From IMG/VR virus record IMGVR_UViG_3300012667_000232, positions 1 to 31,349 of that record: 31,349 nt of DNA; one strand, written 5' to 3'. Below are positions 24,164-31,349 of this stretch, piece after piece. The position numbers and the translations under genes were made by a program. Each line of letters starts with the position of its first letter. The first letter of the stretch is position 1. This DNA comes from a virus. Taxonomy: Duplodnaviria > Caudoviricetes. The notes under the pieces are model-generated. The model ran no database searches and had not been told where the DNA came from. It saw nothing but the letters and a program-made list of their open reading frames with translations.

Positions 24164-25852
24164 ATGGAAAACAATATACAATCAATTAATCTTTCATTAT
24201 ATCAGCCAGTTGAAGCGGTTGAAAAAGAGAATCGTAGCGGTTGGATTGACTACGGACAAAACAATTTATTCCCTCAACATTTAATAAACCTTTACCAAAA
24301 CTCACCAATACACAACGCGTTGGTGAACTCAATCTCTTATATGATTGAGGGACAAGGTACAGGAACTATTCTCGACAACGCTTTGCAAGGTATTGCGTTC
24401 GACTTAAAACTTCAAGGCGCGTTTGTTGCTGAGGTTATTTGGTCTATGGACTTTACTCGCGTTGTACAAATCAACCACTTGCCTTTTGAAAATTGTCGTT
24501 TGGCTTACGATCGTGAAGAAGACGATATTACAGGAATTTTCTATTCTAAAGACTGGGCAAACACGCGTTCAAAACGTGGTAAGCCAGAGTTCATTCCTGC
24601 GTTCAATCCTTCAATCGCGCAAGAACAACCAAGACAAGTTATTTACGCTCACGGAATGAGTGCGGGTAGTGTTTACTATCCAAAGCCCGACTACTTTGGA
24701 GCATTGAATTACGTTGAATTGTCTTATCAAATGGGACTTTATCACGTTAACAATATCTTGAATGGTCTTTTCCCTTCATTCATCATTAACTTCTTAAACG
24801 GCATACCACAAAAAGAAGAACGTGAGGCTATTCGTCGTGAGTGGGAAACAAGATTAAGCGGTGCGTCTAACGCGGGTAAGTTCTTAATGACTTTCAACGA
24901 AGATCCTGCACGCGCACCACAAATCGAAGCGTTCCCTCTTTCAGATGCTGACAAACAATATCAATTCTTAAGCGAAGAAACAGCGAAGCAAATTATGGTC
25001 GGACACCGCGTTGTTTCACCATTGATTCACGGCATACGCGACACAACAGGATTCGGAAGCAATAAGGACGAAATGCTTGTTGGTTTGGAAATCTTCAACA
25101 ACCAAGTTATTAAGCCTTATCAAAGAATCATTGAAAGAGTTTTCACTCCAATTTTAGGAGAAATAAATATCGAAATGAATTCGCCTTTCGACCCCGAAGT
25201 TGTAGTTGTTGAACCAACAGTACAAACTGCTGAGTTAAAAAAAAAAGTTGTAACTGCTGAGAATGACTTTTCAGACGAACAAGGTCGTGTTTGGATTAAC
25301 ACACTAAAAGAAAAAGGTGAAGTTGTTGATTTGAATGAGTGGGAATTGTTGAGCGAAGAAGAAGTAACAGACCCACACAACGAAGCTAATTTCCGTCAAG
25401 AATATATGAGTGTTCGCGATTATGCAAACGCTGACGAAAGGTCTGAATTTGGCGACACTGGACTTTACAAATTGCGTTATGCTTACTCACAGAACTTGAG
25501 CGAAAATAGTCGTGAATTTTGTGTTGAAATGGTTGGGCTATCACAGGCAGGTTTGTCTTTTAGATATGAAGACATTCAAAAAATGAGTAAAGACCCTGAC
25601 ATTAACCCAGATTTTGGTCCAGGCGGTTCAAACACTTACGATATATTCATTTGGAAAGGTGGTTGTTTTTGTCACCATTTTTGGAAGCGTCAAATCTATA
25701 TTAGAAAAAGAGATTCAAAAGGACGTATTTTACCTAACGACGGATTGAACAACGATAAGCGCGTAGGTAATAACCCATACGTTCCACAAAAAGGCGCAGA
25801 AGGTGTTGCGCCAATTAACACACCAACACGCGGTTCACTAAAATACTCTTAA
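24164..25852 (+). CDS. Portal protein with a C-terminal MuF-like extension
   Basis: Portal motifs YG.NN.FP..L..LY..SP.HNA, YYPKPDY and GASNAGK...HRVVSP. After about residue 365 come SREFCVEM and KGGCFCHHFW. Confidence 0.85.
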   Translation: MENNIQSINLSLYQPVEAVEKENRSGWIDYGQNNLFPQHLINLYQNSPIHNALVNSISYMIEGQGTGTILDNALQGIAFDLKLQGAFVAEVIWSMDFTRVVQINHLPFENCRLAYDREEDDITGIFYSKDWANTRSKRGKPEFIPAFNPSIAQEQPRQVIYAHGMSAGSVYYPKPDYFGALNYVELSYQMGLYHVNNILNGLFPSFIINFLNGIPQKEEREAIRREWETRLSGASNAGKFLMTFNEDPARAPQIEAFPLSDADKQYQFLSEETAKQIMVGHRVVSPLIHGIRDTTGFGSNKDEMLVGLEIFNNQVIKPYQRIIERVFTPILGEINIEMNSPFDPEVVVVEPTVQTAELKKKVVTAENDFSDEQGRVWINTLKEKGEVVDLNEWELLSEEEVTDPHNEANFRQEYMSVRDYANADERSEFGDTGLYKLRYAYSQNLSENSREFCVEMVGLSQAGLSFRYEDIQKMSKDPDINPDFGPGGSNTYDIFIWKGGCFCHHFWKRQIYIRKRDSKGRILPNDGLNNDKRVGNNPYVPQKGAEGVAPINTPTRGSLKYS

Positions 25853-25855
25853 AAA

Positions 25856-26428
25856 ATGGCACTACAACCCGAAGTTCTTTTAATAGACGAGAATTACATA
25901 AAGAAATATACTTGGATTAACGGCTCAGTTGATCCGTTGCTTATGTACCCTGCAATCTATTTGTCGCAAGACAAGTACGCGCAGTTGTATTTGGGTACTG
26001 ACCTTTACAATAAGATAAAAGAAGACGTTGTAAACGACGACATTGCAGGAGCATACGAAACGCTTCTTGACGATTACTTGCGTAGAATGGTAATGTGGTG
26101 GACGATGTACGAAGTGCTTCCGCATTTGTACGTTAAAACCGACAACGGAAGTTTGGTAATTCGAACAAGCGAAGACACTACACCAATAAGCCAAACAGAC
26201 TTGCAAAACTATCGCGATCAAGCGCGTTCACAGGCTATGTTTTACACTCAGCGAATGGTTGACTATTTGTGTTTCAATCAATCGAACTTTCCAGAGTACA
26301 CGACGAACGTAACGCAACAAATTTGGTCACAAACAAATGTGTATCCATCCAACGCCTTCGAGATTAGCGACGGACGCGATAGACTACCTTATGAATACAG
26401 ACGCAGAGGTTTAGGTTGGTTGAGATAA
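25856..26428 (+). CDS. Head-tail adaptor protein (DUF6712-like)
   Basis: LLI....IKKYT.INGSVD...I..SQD.....LGTDLY.KI...YLC....FPEY, directly after the portal. Confidence 0.7.
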   Translation: MALQPEVLLIDENYIKKYTWINGSVDPLLMYPAIYLSQDKYAQLYLGTDLYNKIKEDVVNDDIAGAYETLLDDYLRRMVMWWTMYEVLPHLYVKTDNGSLVIRTSEDTTPISQTDLQNYRDQARSQAMFYTQRMVDYLCFNQSNFPEYTTNVTQQIWSQTNVYPSNAFEISDGRDRLPYEYRRRGLGWLR

Positions 26429-26443
26429 CTAAAATAAAAACGA

Positions 26444-26560
26444 ATGGCAACAAGGGGACGCAAGAAGAATTTAACGATGCACAAGATTTACGAAGAGAAA
26501 TTTCGTAAGTATTTAGCAAAGAAAGAGAAACAAATTAAGAAGCTCAAAAATGAAAGTTAA
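26444..26560 (+). CDS. Small highly basic protein (38 aa, MATRGRKKNLTMHKIYEEKFRKYLAKKEKQIKKLKNES), absent from the ORF track
   Basis: Translated by hand. It has an A-rich leader and overlaps the endolysin start. Confidence 0.55.
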   Translation: MATRGRKKNLTMHKIYEEKFRKYLAKKEKQIKKLKNES

Positions 26561-26996
26561 CGCTGAAGGCTACGCGCTACTGAAGAAGTTCGAAGGCTGT
26601 CGTTTGAAAAGTTACCTCTGCCCTTCTGCTGTATGGACGATAGGTTACGGAAACACCTTTTACGAAGACGGTACAAAGGTTAAGGAAGGCGACGTTATTA
26701 CACAGGCAAGAGCGGAGCAATTAGCGAAAAACGTCATTGATAAGTTCGCGGTATCCGTTCGTGCATTGATAACTCAAACGCTTAACGAAAACCAATTTAG
26801 CGCGTGTGTTTCACTTGCGTATAACATCGGAACAGGTGGCTTTAAGAAGTCGTCTGTGCTGAGAAAGGTAAACGCTAATCCTAACGACCAAACAATAGCA
26901 GATTCTTTTCGTCTTTGGAACAAAGGAGGCGGAGTAATTCTCAAAGGTCTTGTTCGTCGTCGTGAGGCTGAAATTGAATTGTACTTTAAGAAATGA
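26550..26996 (+). CDS. Endolysin, GH24 phage lysozyme
   Basis: FEG...YLCPSAVWTIGYG (E-x8-C-x5-T triad), NQFSA.VSL.YNIG and GLVRRREAE. Confidence 0.93.
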   Translation: MKVNAEGYALLKKFEGCRLKSYLCPSAVWTIGYGNTFYEDGTKVKEGDVITQARAEQLAKNVIDKFAVSVRALITQTLNENQFSACVSLAYNIGTGGFKKSSVLRKVNANPNDQTIADSFRLWNKGGGVILKGLVRRREAEIELYFKK

Positions 26997-27241
26997 ACAC
27001 CGAACACGAAATCACTTTGATACACGAGCAGCTCCAAGATATGGACAAGAAGATTGACCGCATTTATAATGTGTTGATCGGTGACGACGAAATGAAAATT
27101 GAAGGTCTTGTGAGCAAGGTTCAGAAGCACGACAAGTACATTCAGAATCAAAGGTTGCAGGTTGCTCGTTTGGGCGGTATTGCAACCGCTGCTGGTGTGG
27201 TTGGTGGTTTGCTTGTTCAATTCGTATTGAAGTTTTTATGA
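26993..27241 (+). CDS. Holin-like protein (coiled coil plus C-terminal TM)
   Basis: Adjacent to the endolysin, with the hydrophobic C-terminus LGGIATAAGVVGGLLVQFVL. Confidence 0.55.
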   Translation: MNTEHEITLIHEQLQDMDKKIDRIYNVLIGDDEMKIEGLVSKVQKHDKYIQNQRLQVARLGGIATAAGVVGGLLVQFVLKFL

Positions 27242-27504
27242 AAGATTGGTTGAAATCTTTGTTAACATCGTGTTCGAAAGTAAGTTCGAAACGAATTGTT
27301 GCTATATTTGTTACAATTAACTTAATCGTTTTGAGTTATGTTGCAACATTTACTTACTACGTTTGCCCGATTGCGATGTTTGACACACTCGCTTTGCTTA
27401 CAGGTGGTTTGTTTGGTGGAACAGTAATTGAACGATTCACTAAACAAAAATCAAATGGCACGACCACAGACAGAAGCGAGGAAAATAACAGCGGAGATTT
27501 GTAG
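27238..27504 (+). CDS. Putative holin (two TM segments)
   Basis: SSKR followed by two hydrophobic helices and a charged tail. Confidence 0.6.
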   Translation: MKDWLKSLLTSCSKVSSKRIVAIFVTINLIVLSYVATFTYYVCPIAMFDTLALLTGGLFGGTVIERFTKQKSNGTTTDRSEENNSGDL

Positions 27505-28456
27505 TAAATTTCCCGACGCTCCTTCGCATTCATTGGCTTCAAAGTTATTTACTGAATATCCAGAAGCGTTTGATTCTTTAGAACACGCGCGTAATTACAT
27601 TCGAACTGTGCGCGGTAAGATTGGAAAGCGAAGCAGAGTTTCTAACTCGCAAAAAGAATTGATTGATACATCACCAAGACCTTCCAACCCATACGCACTT
27701 CCTAAATCTTATTCGAAGAAACGTCGTCACGTTGAATTGAAAGGGAATAAGTTCTTAATCCTGTCAGACATTCACATTCCTTACCAAGATAACGAAGCGT
27801 TAAGTGTTGCAATTAACGAAGGTATCCGTCAAGGGTGCGACGCGGTAATTCTAAACGGAGACGCTCTCGACTGTCATATGATTAGCGACTTCGTTAAAGA
27901 TCCACGCAAAAGAAAATTCAAGGATGAGTTGTACGCGATGCGTCAGTTTGTAGATACGTTACGAGGTCAATTTCCTTCAGCACACATCTATTATAAGGAA
28001 GGAAACCACGAGGAACGCTATTGGAGATATATGCGAATTAAAGCACCAGAGTTGTTTGACATTGACGCGTTTGACTTTTCGTCTTTGTGTCATTTAGATA
28101 AGCACAATATCACTTGGATTGACGGAAAGAGTAAGTTAAACATCGGTAAACTTTCTATCTTTCACGGTCATGAGTTCGGGAAGCAGTTCTTACCTTCGGT
28201 AAACGTGGCGCGTGGGTTGTTTATGAAGACAAAAGTGAGTGCGTTGTGTGGACACCACCACCAAACAGCGGAACACAGCGAACGTGATGCTAACGGTAAG
28301 TTTATTACTTGTTGGGGTGTCGCTTGCCTTTCCGAACTTTCGCCCGACTACAACCCGTATTCCCGCTATAACCACGGATTTGCAATTGTAACAAAAGGCG
28401 CAAACGGTTCATTCAGCGTTCACAATTACCGCATACACGAAGGACAAATTTTATGA
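27455..28456 (+). CDS. Calcineurin-like metallophosphoesterase
   Basis: All five motifs are present: SDIH, NGD..D, GNHE, HGH and GHHH. Likely start MARPQ at 27455. Confidence 0.9.
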   Translation: MARPQTEARKITAEICSKFPDAPSHSLASKLFTEYPEAFDSLEHARNYIRTVRGKIGKRSRVSNSQKELIDTSPRPSNPYALPKSYSKKRRHVELKGNKFLILSDIHIPYQDNEALSVAINEGIRQGCDAVILNGDALDCHMISDFVKDPRKRKFKDELYAMRQFVDTLRGQFPSAHIYYKEGNHEERYWRYMRIKAPELFDIDAFDFSSLCHLDKHNITWIDGKSKLNIGKLSIFHGHEFGKQFLPSVNVARGLFMKTKVSALCGHHHQTAEHSERDANGKFITCWGVACLSELSPDYNPYSRYNHGFAIVTKGANGSFSVHNYRIHEGQIL

Positions 28457-29028
28457 GAAAGAATATACTCGCAATTGTTTTGTTGCTCATTGGGACAACC
28501 ACCATTTGGACAATTATTTGTTGGCATTGGTTTGGAAAACCTGTTGCAAAAAACGAAACAACTGAAGTACAAAAGCAAGACAGCATCATTAACTACAACG
28601 CTGGTGAGTACGATCGTTTATTGCAAGAACAAATTGAACTTTATAAAGAACTCCGAACATATGAAGACGCTCAATCTAAAGCCAAAACCACCTATCAAAG
28701 AACTCGTGATATTGTTCTTATTCGAGATACTATTGTTCGCGTGGATGTTCTACGTTTGGTGAACTCCTGTGACAGTGTAATTGCTTCAGATTCACTCGTT
28801 ATTGACAATCTAAAAGAACAATTGAACATTGAAGGGGAAAAGGTAAACAACTTACAAGAAACAATCGTTGCTTATGAACAGAAGACGGACGTATTAACCG
28901 AAGAAATAAACACTCTAACTGCTGAAAAGAAAAATTTAGACAAACAAAAAAGACGCAGAAACCGCGCCTTAGTTGTAACATCGTCTGTCGCTATTTTGTC
29001 GACGTTTGTTCTTTCAATTTTACTTTAG
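28453..29028 (+). CDS. Spanin-like membrane protein
   Basis: N-terminal TM, long coiled coil, basic patch KRRR and C-terminal TM, at the end of the lysis module. Confidence 0.5.
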   Translation: MRKNILAIVLLLIGTTTIWTIICWHWFGKPVAKNETTEVQKQDSIINYNAGEYDRLLQEQIELYKELRTYEDAQSKAKTTYQRTRDIVLIRDTIVRVDVLRLVNSCDSVIASDSLVIDNLKEQLNIEGEKVNNLQETIVAYEQKTDVLTEEINTLTAEKKNLDKQKRRRNRALVVTSSVAILSTFVLSILL

Positions 29029-29176
29029 ATTCTGGAACGTAGAACTTCAACGAAAATTCAATTGCTTCACTTAAGAAAGTGTTGCGACTATTCTCACCTC
29101 TCTTTTCGTCAATCTCGTTCCACAGGTCTTTGTGTAGATAAACACATATTCCTTTTTTAGTTTTGCTTTCTGGCAT
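28991..29176 (-). CDS. Ribbon-helix-helix-like DNA-binding protein
   Basis: KKGICVYLHKDLWNEIDEKRGENSRNTFLSEAI shows the strand-helix-helix pattern. Confidence 0.6.
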   Translation of the reverse strand: MPESKTKKGICVYLHKDLWNEIDEKRGENSRNTFLSEAIEFSLKFYVPESKVKLKEQTSTK

Positions 29177-29360
29177 CTTCTTCAATTTTAAGTTTCTTCA
29201 AATACAACGCAAGGTCTAACGCTTCTTCGTATGCGTGTTGCAGCCATTCTGAGTGTGTTAAATCGGTGCGGTCAAGTGTTGTTCCATACGTCTGCATTCC
29301 CTTCGCTTCACGCGCTTCTAATTCAGCAATTACTTGCGTGAGTAGATTACTTTTCTGCAT
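29157..29360 (-). CDS. Small all-alpha NTP-pyrophosphatase (MazG-superfamily)-like protein
   Basis: R..KG..TYGTTLDR.DL...WLQHAYEEALD..LY carries the EExxD motif. Confidence 0.55.
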   Translation of the reverse strand: MQKSNLLTQVIAELEAREAKGMQTYGTTLDRTDLTHSEWLQHAYEEALDLALYLKKLKIEEDARKQN

Positions 29361-29559
29361 CTGGCTTACTCATCATTGAACCAATCATAAGCGCAAGATA
29401 GATTTTCTCTTTCGCGTTTAAGTCTTTTCGCTGTGAAAGTTCAAGGAGAATGTCGCCTAAAATCTTTCCTTGTTGAAAGTAGTTCGCGAGTGAATTAACA
29501 ATTTCGCGTTCGCGGTCGTAAGTCATTTTTAAAGACTCGTATAGTGGTGTGTTTTTCAT
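29347..29559 (-). CDS. Hypothetical protein
   Basis: Coupled ORF in the wrapped early operon. Confidence 0.6.
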   Translation of the reverse strand: MKNTPLYESLKMTYDREREIVNSLANYFQQGKILGDILLELSQRKDLNAKEKIYLALMIGSMMSKPDAEK

Positions 29560-29813
29560 TCTTGTTTATTTAAATGGTATGTTTCTAAGTAATCAATCAA
29601 AGTGTCTCTTGTTTTATCTAACATTTCCCATTCTTCAGGAGAAGTGCAATGCCCTACTTCATTATTAATTAACGCAAATAGATGTACTAAATTTTGAATT
29701 TTCAATTTAACATCGAACGAATCTTCGCCAAAGTCTTCGTCTTCAAAATCGTACTTTTGTAATAGTTCTACTGTTTGAGTAGTTGTTAAAGTGTATTCTT
29801 TTTCTTCTTTCAT
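29556..29813 (-). CDS. Hypothetical acidic protein, directly downstream of terL
   Basis: 85 aa ORF with an ATGA overlap downstream. Confidence 0.6.
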   Translation of the reverse strand: MKEEKEYTLTTTQTVELLQKYDFEDEDFGEDSFDVKLKIQNLVHLFALINNEVGHCTSPEEWEMLDKTRDTLIDYLETYHLNKQE

Positions 29814-29837
29814 TTCGTAAATGTATGCTAAATAATT

Positions 29838-31142
29838 CTAACCCACAACATATTGTCCATAACTTGGATTCAACTCAAAGTACATTCGCATCATTATCGC
29901 GTCGGCAACGTCGGGAGAAATTCCTTCGCGGTTCTTGATAACGTCCTTCGGTGTTACCTGCAACTTTCCGTCTACGTCCGCGCGGTGTCGTTTAATCATT
30001 TCTAATTCACGCACGATTTGTTCTTTGCGCGTACTGGATAAGATAGTGACTTTGTTTTCTTCGACGTATTGCGCAAGTTTATAATAACATTCGCTTTTCA
30101 AGTTTTGGTATTGTGGGTGTTTGGGTTTAGATCCGTTGACGAACCCTCGACATTTAAGAAAATCAACCACTCCAGCGCCGATGCCATCCTCATCTGCGAC
30201 GACATCCTGTAACAAAATGTTATGTTCTTTTGTTACGAGGCGAATCTTGTTTACGACCTCATCTAACGACGCTCTATTCAATTCAATTATATCGATAATT
30301 GTTAGACCGTGCCAAACGCAAATAATTGTTCTGTCCTTTCCAAATCGCGCAATGTCGGCTGTGATGTATTTCTTTCCTTCAATGAGTTCATTGCGGAACA
30401 TACGCAACAGGTTGTCCGTTGAGAACAATTTGTCGCTGTCGTCGTCGAACTCCCAGTTTCCTTCGAGCAGACGTTTGCGGTCGTACTCTGGAAGTTTCTG
30501 CAAGTTCTCCAAATACGTTTGCGAGATATAAGGATTGTCCGTTGGAAGTGCTTGAACAAATGCGCGGTCGCTTCTTAAATTGCCTTTTTGGTGAGCAAAA
30601 TAAAAGTCATTGTACAACCAACCTTTCGAAGGGTTACAAGTCATTAATCCCTTCGCTCTGTCGTTAATCAATTTGTAACGTACACGCGACTGCAATATAT
30701 CGATACAACGCTTCGAAACTTCGGCTACCTCATCTACGAAGTAGTCTGTGATTTCAATAGACCCAAATCTTTGAAAGTCGGGGTCTGAGGGCATATCTGC
30801 CAAGTCCATTAATATCGTTTGGCTTCCGTTATACCACTTAATAACGTGGTCTTGTCCATTGTAGGTATAATGAACGTTCGGTTTCAATCCGTGTAAGGTG
30901 CAAAGTTCAAAGAAGGTTTGCATTGTGGACAAGCGCAACTTCTTTAATTCAGCACGACCGATTAATCCTTTTGTCCCTGGGTATTTTAGTCTTCGTTTTA
31001 TTTGCCAATCGCAACCTAAAAAAGACTTTCCACTAAACACACCTCCACCATACAAGACCTGCGCAATAGGACTTTCATAAGATAGAAGTTCTAAAGCGTG
31101 TTTCTGTTTGTCGTGGTAAATTATTTCGCGTGGTTCATTCAT
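29838..31142 (-). CDS. terL: Terminase large subunit (second copy within the terminal repeat)
   Basis: Identical translation to 24-1328. Confidence 0.93.
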   Translation of the reverse strand: MNEPREIIYHDKQKHALELLSYESPIAQVLYGGGVFSGKSFLGCDWQIKRRLKYPGTKGLIGRAELKKLRLSTMQTFFELCTLHGLKPNVHYTYNGQDHVIKWYNGSQTILMDLADMPSDPDFQRFGSIEITDYFVDEVAEVSKRCIDILQSRVRYKLINDRAKGLMTCNPSKGWLYNDFYFAHQKGNLRSDRAFVQALPTDNPYISQTYLENLQKLPEYDRKRLLEGNWEFDDDSDKLFSTDNLLRMFRNELIEGKKYITADIARFGKDRTIICVWHGLTIIDIIELNRASLDEVVNKIRLVTKEHNILLQDVVADEDGIGAGVVDFLKCRGFVNGSKPKHPQYQNLKSECYYKLAQYVEENKVTILSSTRKEQIVRELEMIKRHRADVDGKLQVTPKDVIKNREGISPDVADAIMMRMYFELNPSYGQYVVG

Positions 31143-31305
31143 CTATTCTAATCATTGCGTAAGACTGCGGAATTTGTGCAATTATTTTATCTCCGATTAA
31201 GCACCACCAATACGACTCATTAACCGAACCATATTCTTCTATTTTATCACAAATAACAATGTGAGCTTCGCCTGTTATTGGATGAATGAATTTATACTTT
31301 CTCAT
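31135..31305 (-). CDS. Repeat copy of the 56-aa ORF at 1321-1491
   Basis: Lies within the terminal repeat at an offset of 29814. Confidence 0.65.
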   Translation of the reverse strand: MRKYKFIHPITGEAHIVICDKIEEYGSVNESYWWCLIGDKIIAQIPQSYAMIRIDE

Positions 31306-31349
31306 TAAAATAGTGTTAGTTGATTTTCAACAACAGGACAAAGTTCGTC

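Larger units (their letters stand above)
1..31349. mobile_element. Complete tailed phage genome (Caudoviricetes, siphovirus-like, probable Bacteroidota host)
   Basis: TerL, portal, protease, MCP, tail tube, tape measure and endolysin are present, the ends are redundant, and no host housekeeping genes are seen. Confidence 0.95.
29815..31349. repeat. Direct terminal repeat, right copy (circular overlap or terminal redundancy)
   Basis: Same sequence as 1-1535, judged by spot checks and identical ORFs. Confidence 0.97.

Noticed and set aside
28475-28762. Embedded o-spanin (Rz1-like) in an alternative frame
   Set aside because: The hydrophobic stretch is at the C-terminus, with no lipobox cysteine or periplasmic domain after it.
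29838-31142. Second terL as a true paralogue
   Set aside because: It is identical to 24-1328 and lies inside the terminal repeat, so it is the same gene.
1-31349. Stop-codon reassignment
   Set aside because: The hallmark genes are full length in the standard bacterial code, and TAA, TGA and TAG all occur at coupled gene ends.

Overview
This window is a complete, terminally redundant genome of a small tailed dsDNA phage, probably a siphovirus. The unit length is 29,814 bp, and bases 1-1535 recur at 29815-31349. The host is probably Bacteroidota/Flavobacteriia, inferred from TAnnTTTG promoters, A-rich leaders without Shine-Dalgarno sites and Bacteroidota-type structural proteins. A leftward early operon runs from about 6760 down to 1 and wraps to about 28990. 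It encodes an SSB-like protein, a stand-alone DnaA domain-IV protein, an HTH protein, a replication-initiator C-terminal domain and, unusually, TerL. The rightward arm encodes a VRR-NUC nuclease, an ECF-like sigma factor, a DNA methyltransferase and a TerS-like protein. These are followed by tail genes, head genes, portal and adaptor, and a lysis module containing a metallophosphoesterase. I see no integrase, DNA polymerase, helicase, primase, tRNA or CRISPR array. The most interesting observations are: (1) an antisense sRNA of about 70 nt at 21497-21570, with its own promoter and terminator, complementary to the start-codon regions of several early genes; (2) a -1 frameshift in the tail chaperone, and a second possible slippery site that would switch the portal between short and MuF-like-fused forms; (3) a tail terminator fused to a fiber built from anchored variable cassettes; (4) two structured intergenic RNAs, one next to a candidate origin; and (5) a small protein resembling the redox tail of ribonucleotide reductase. 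All calls come from reading motifs by eye, and no database searches were run.
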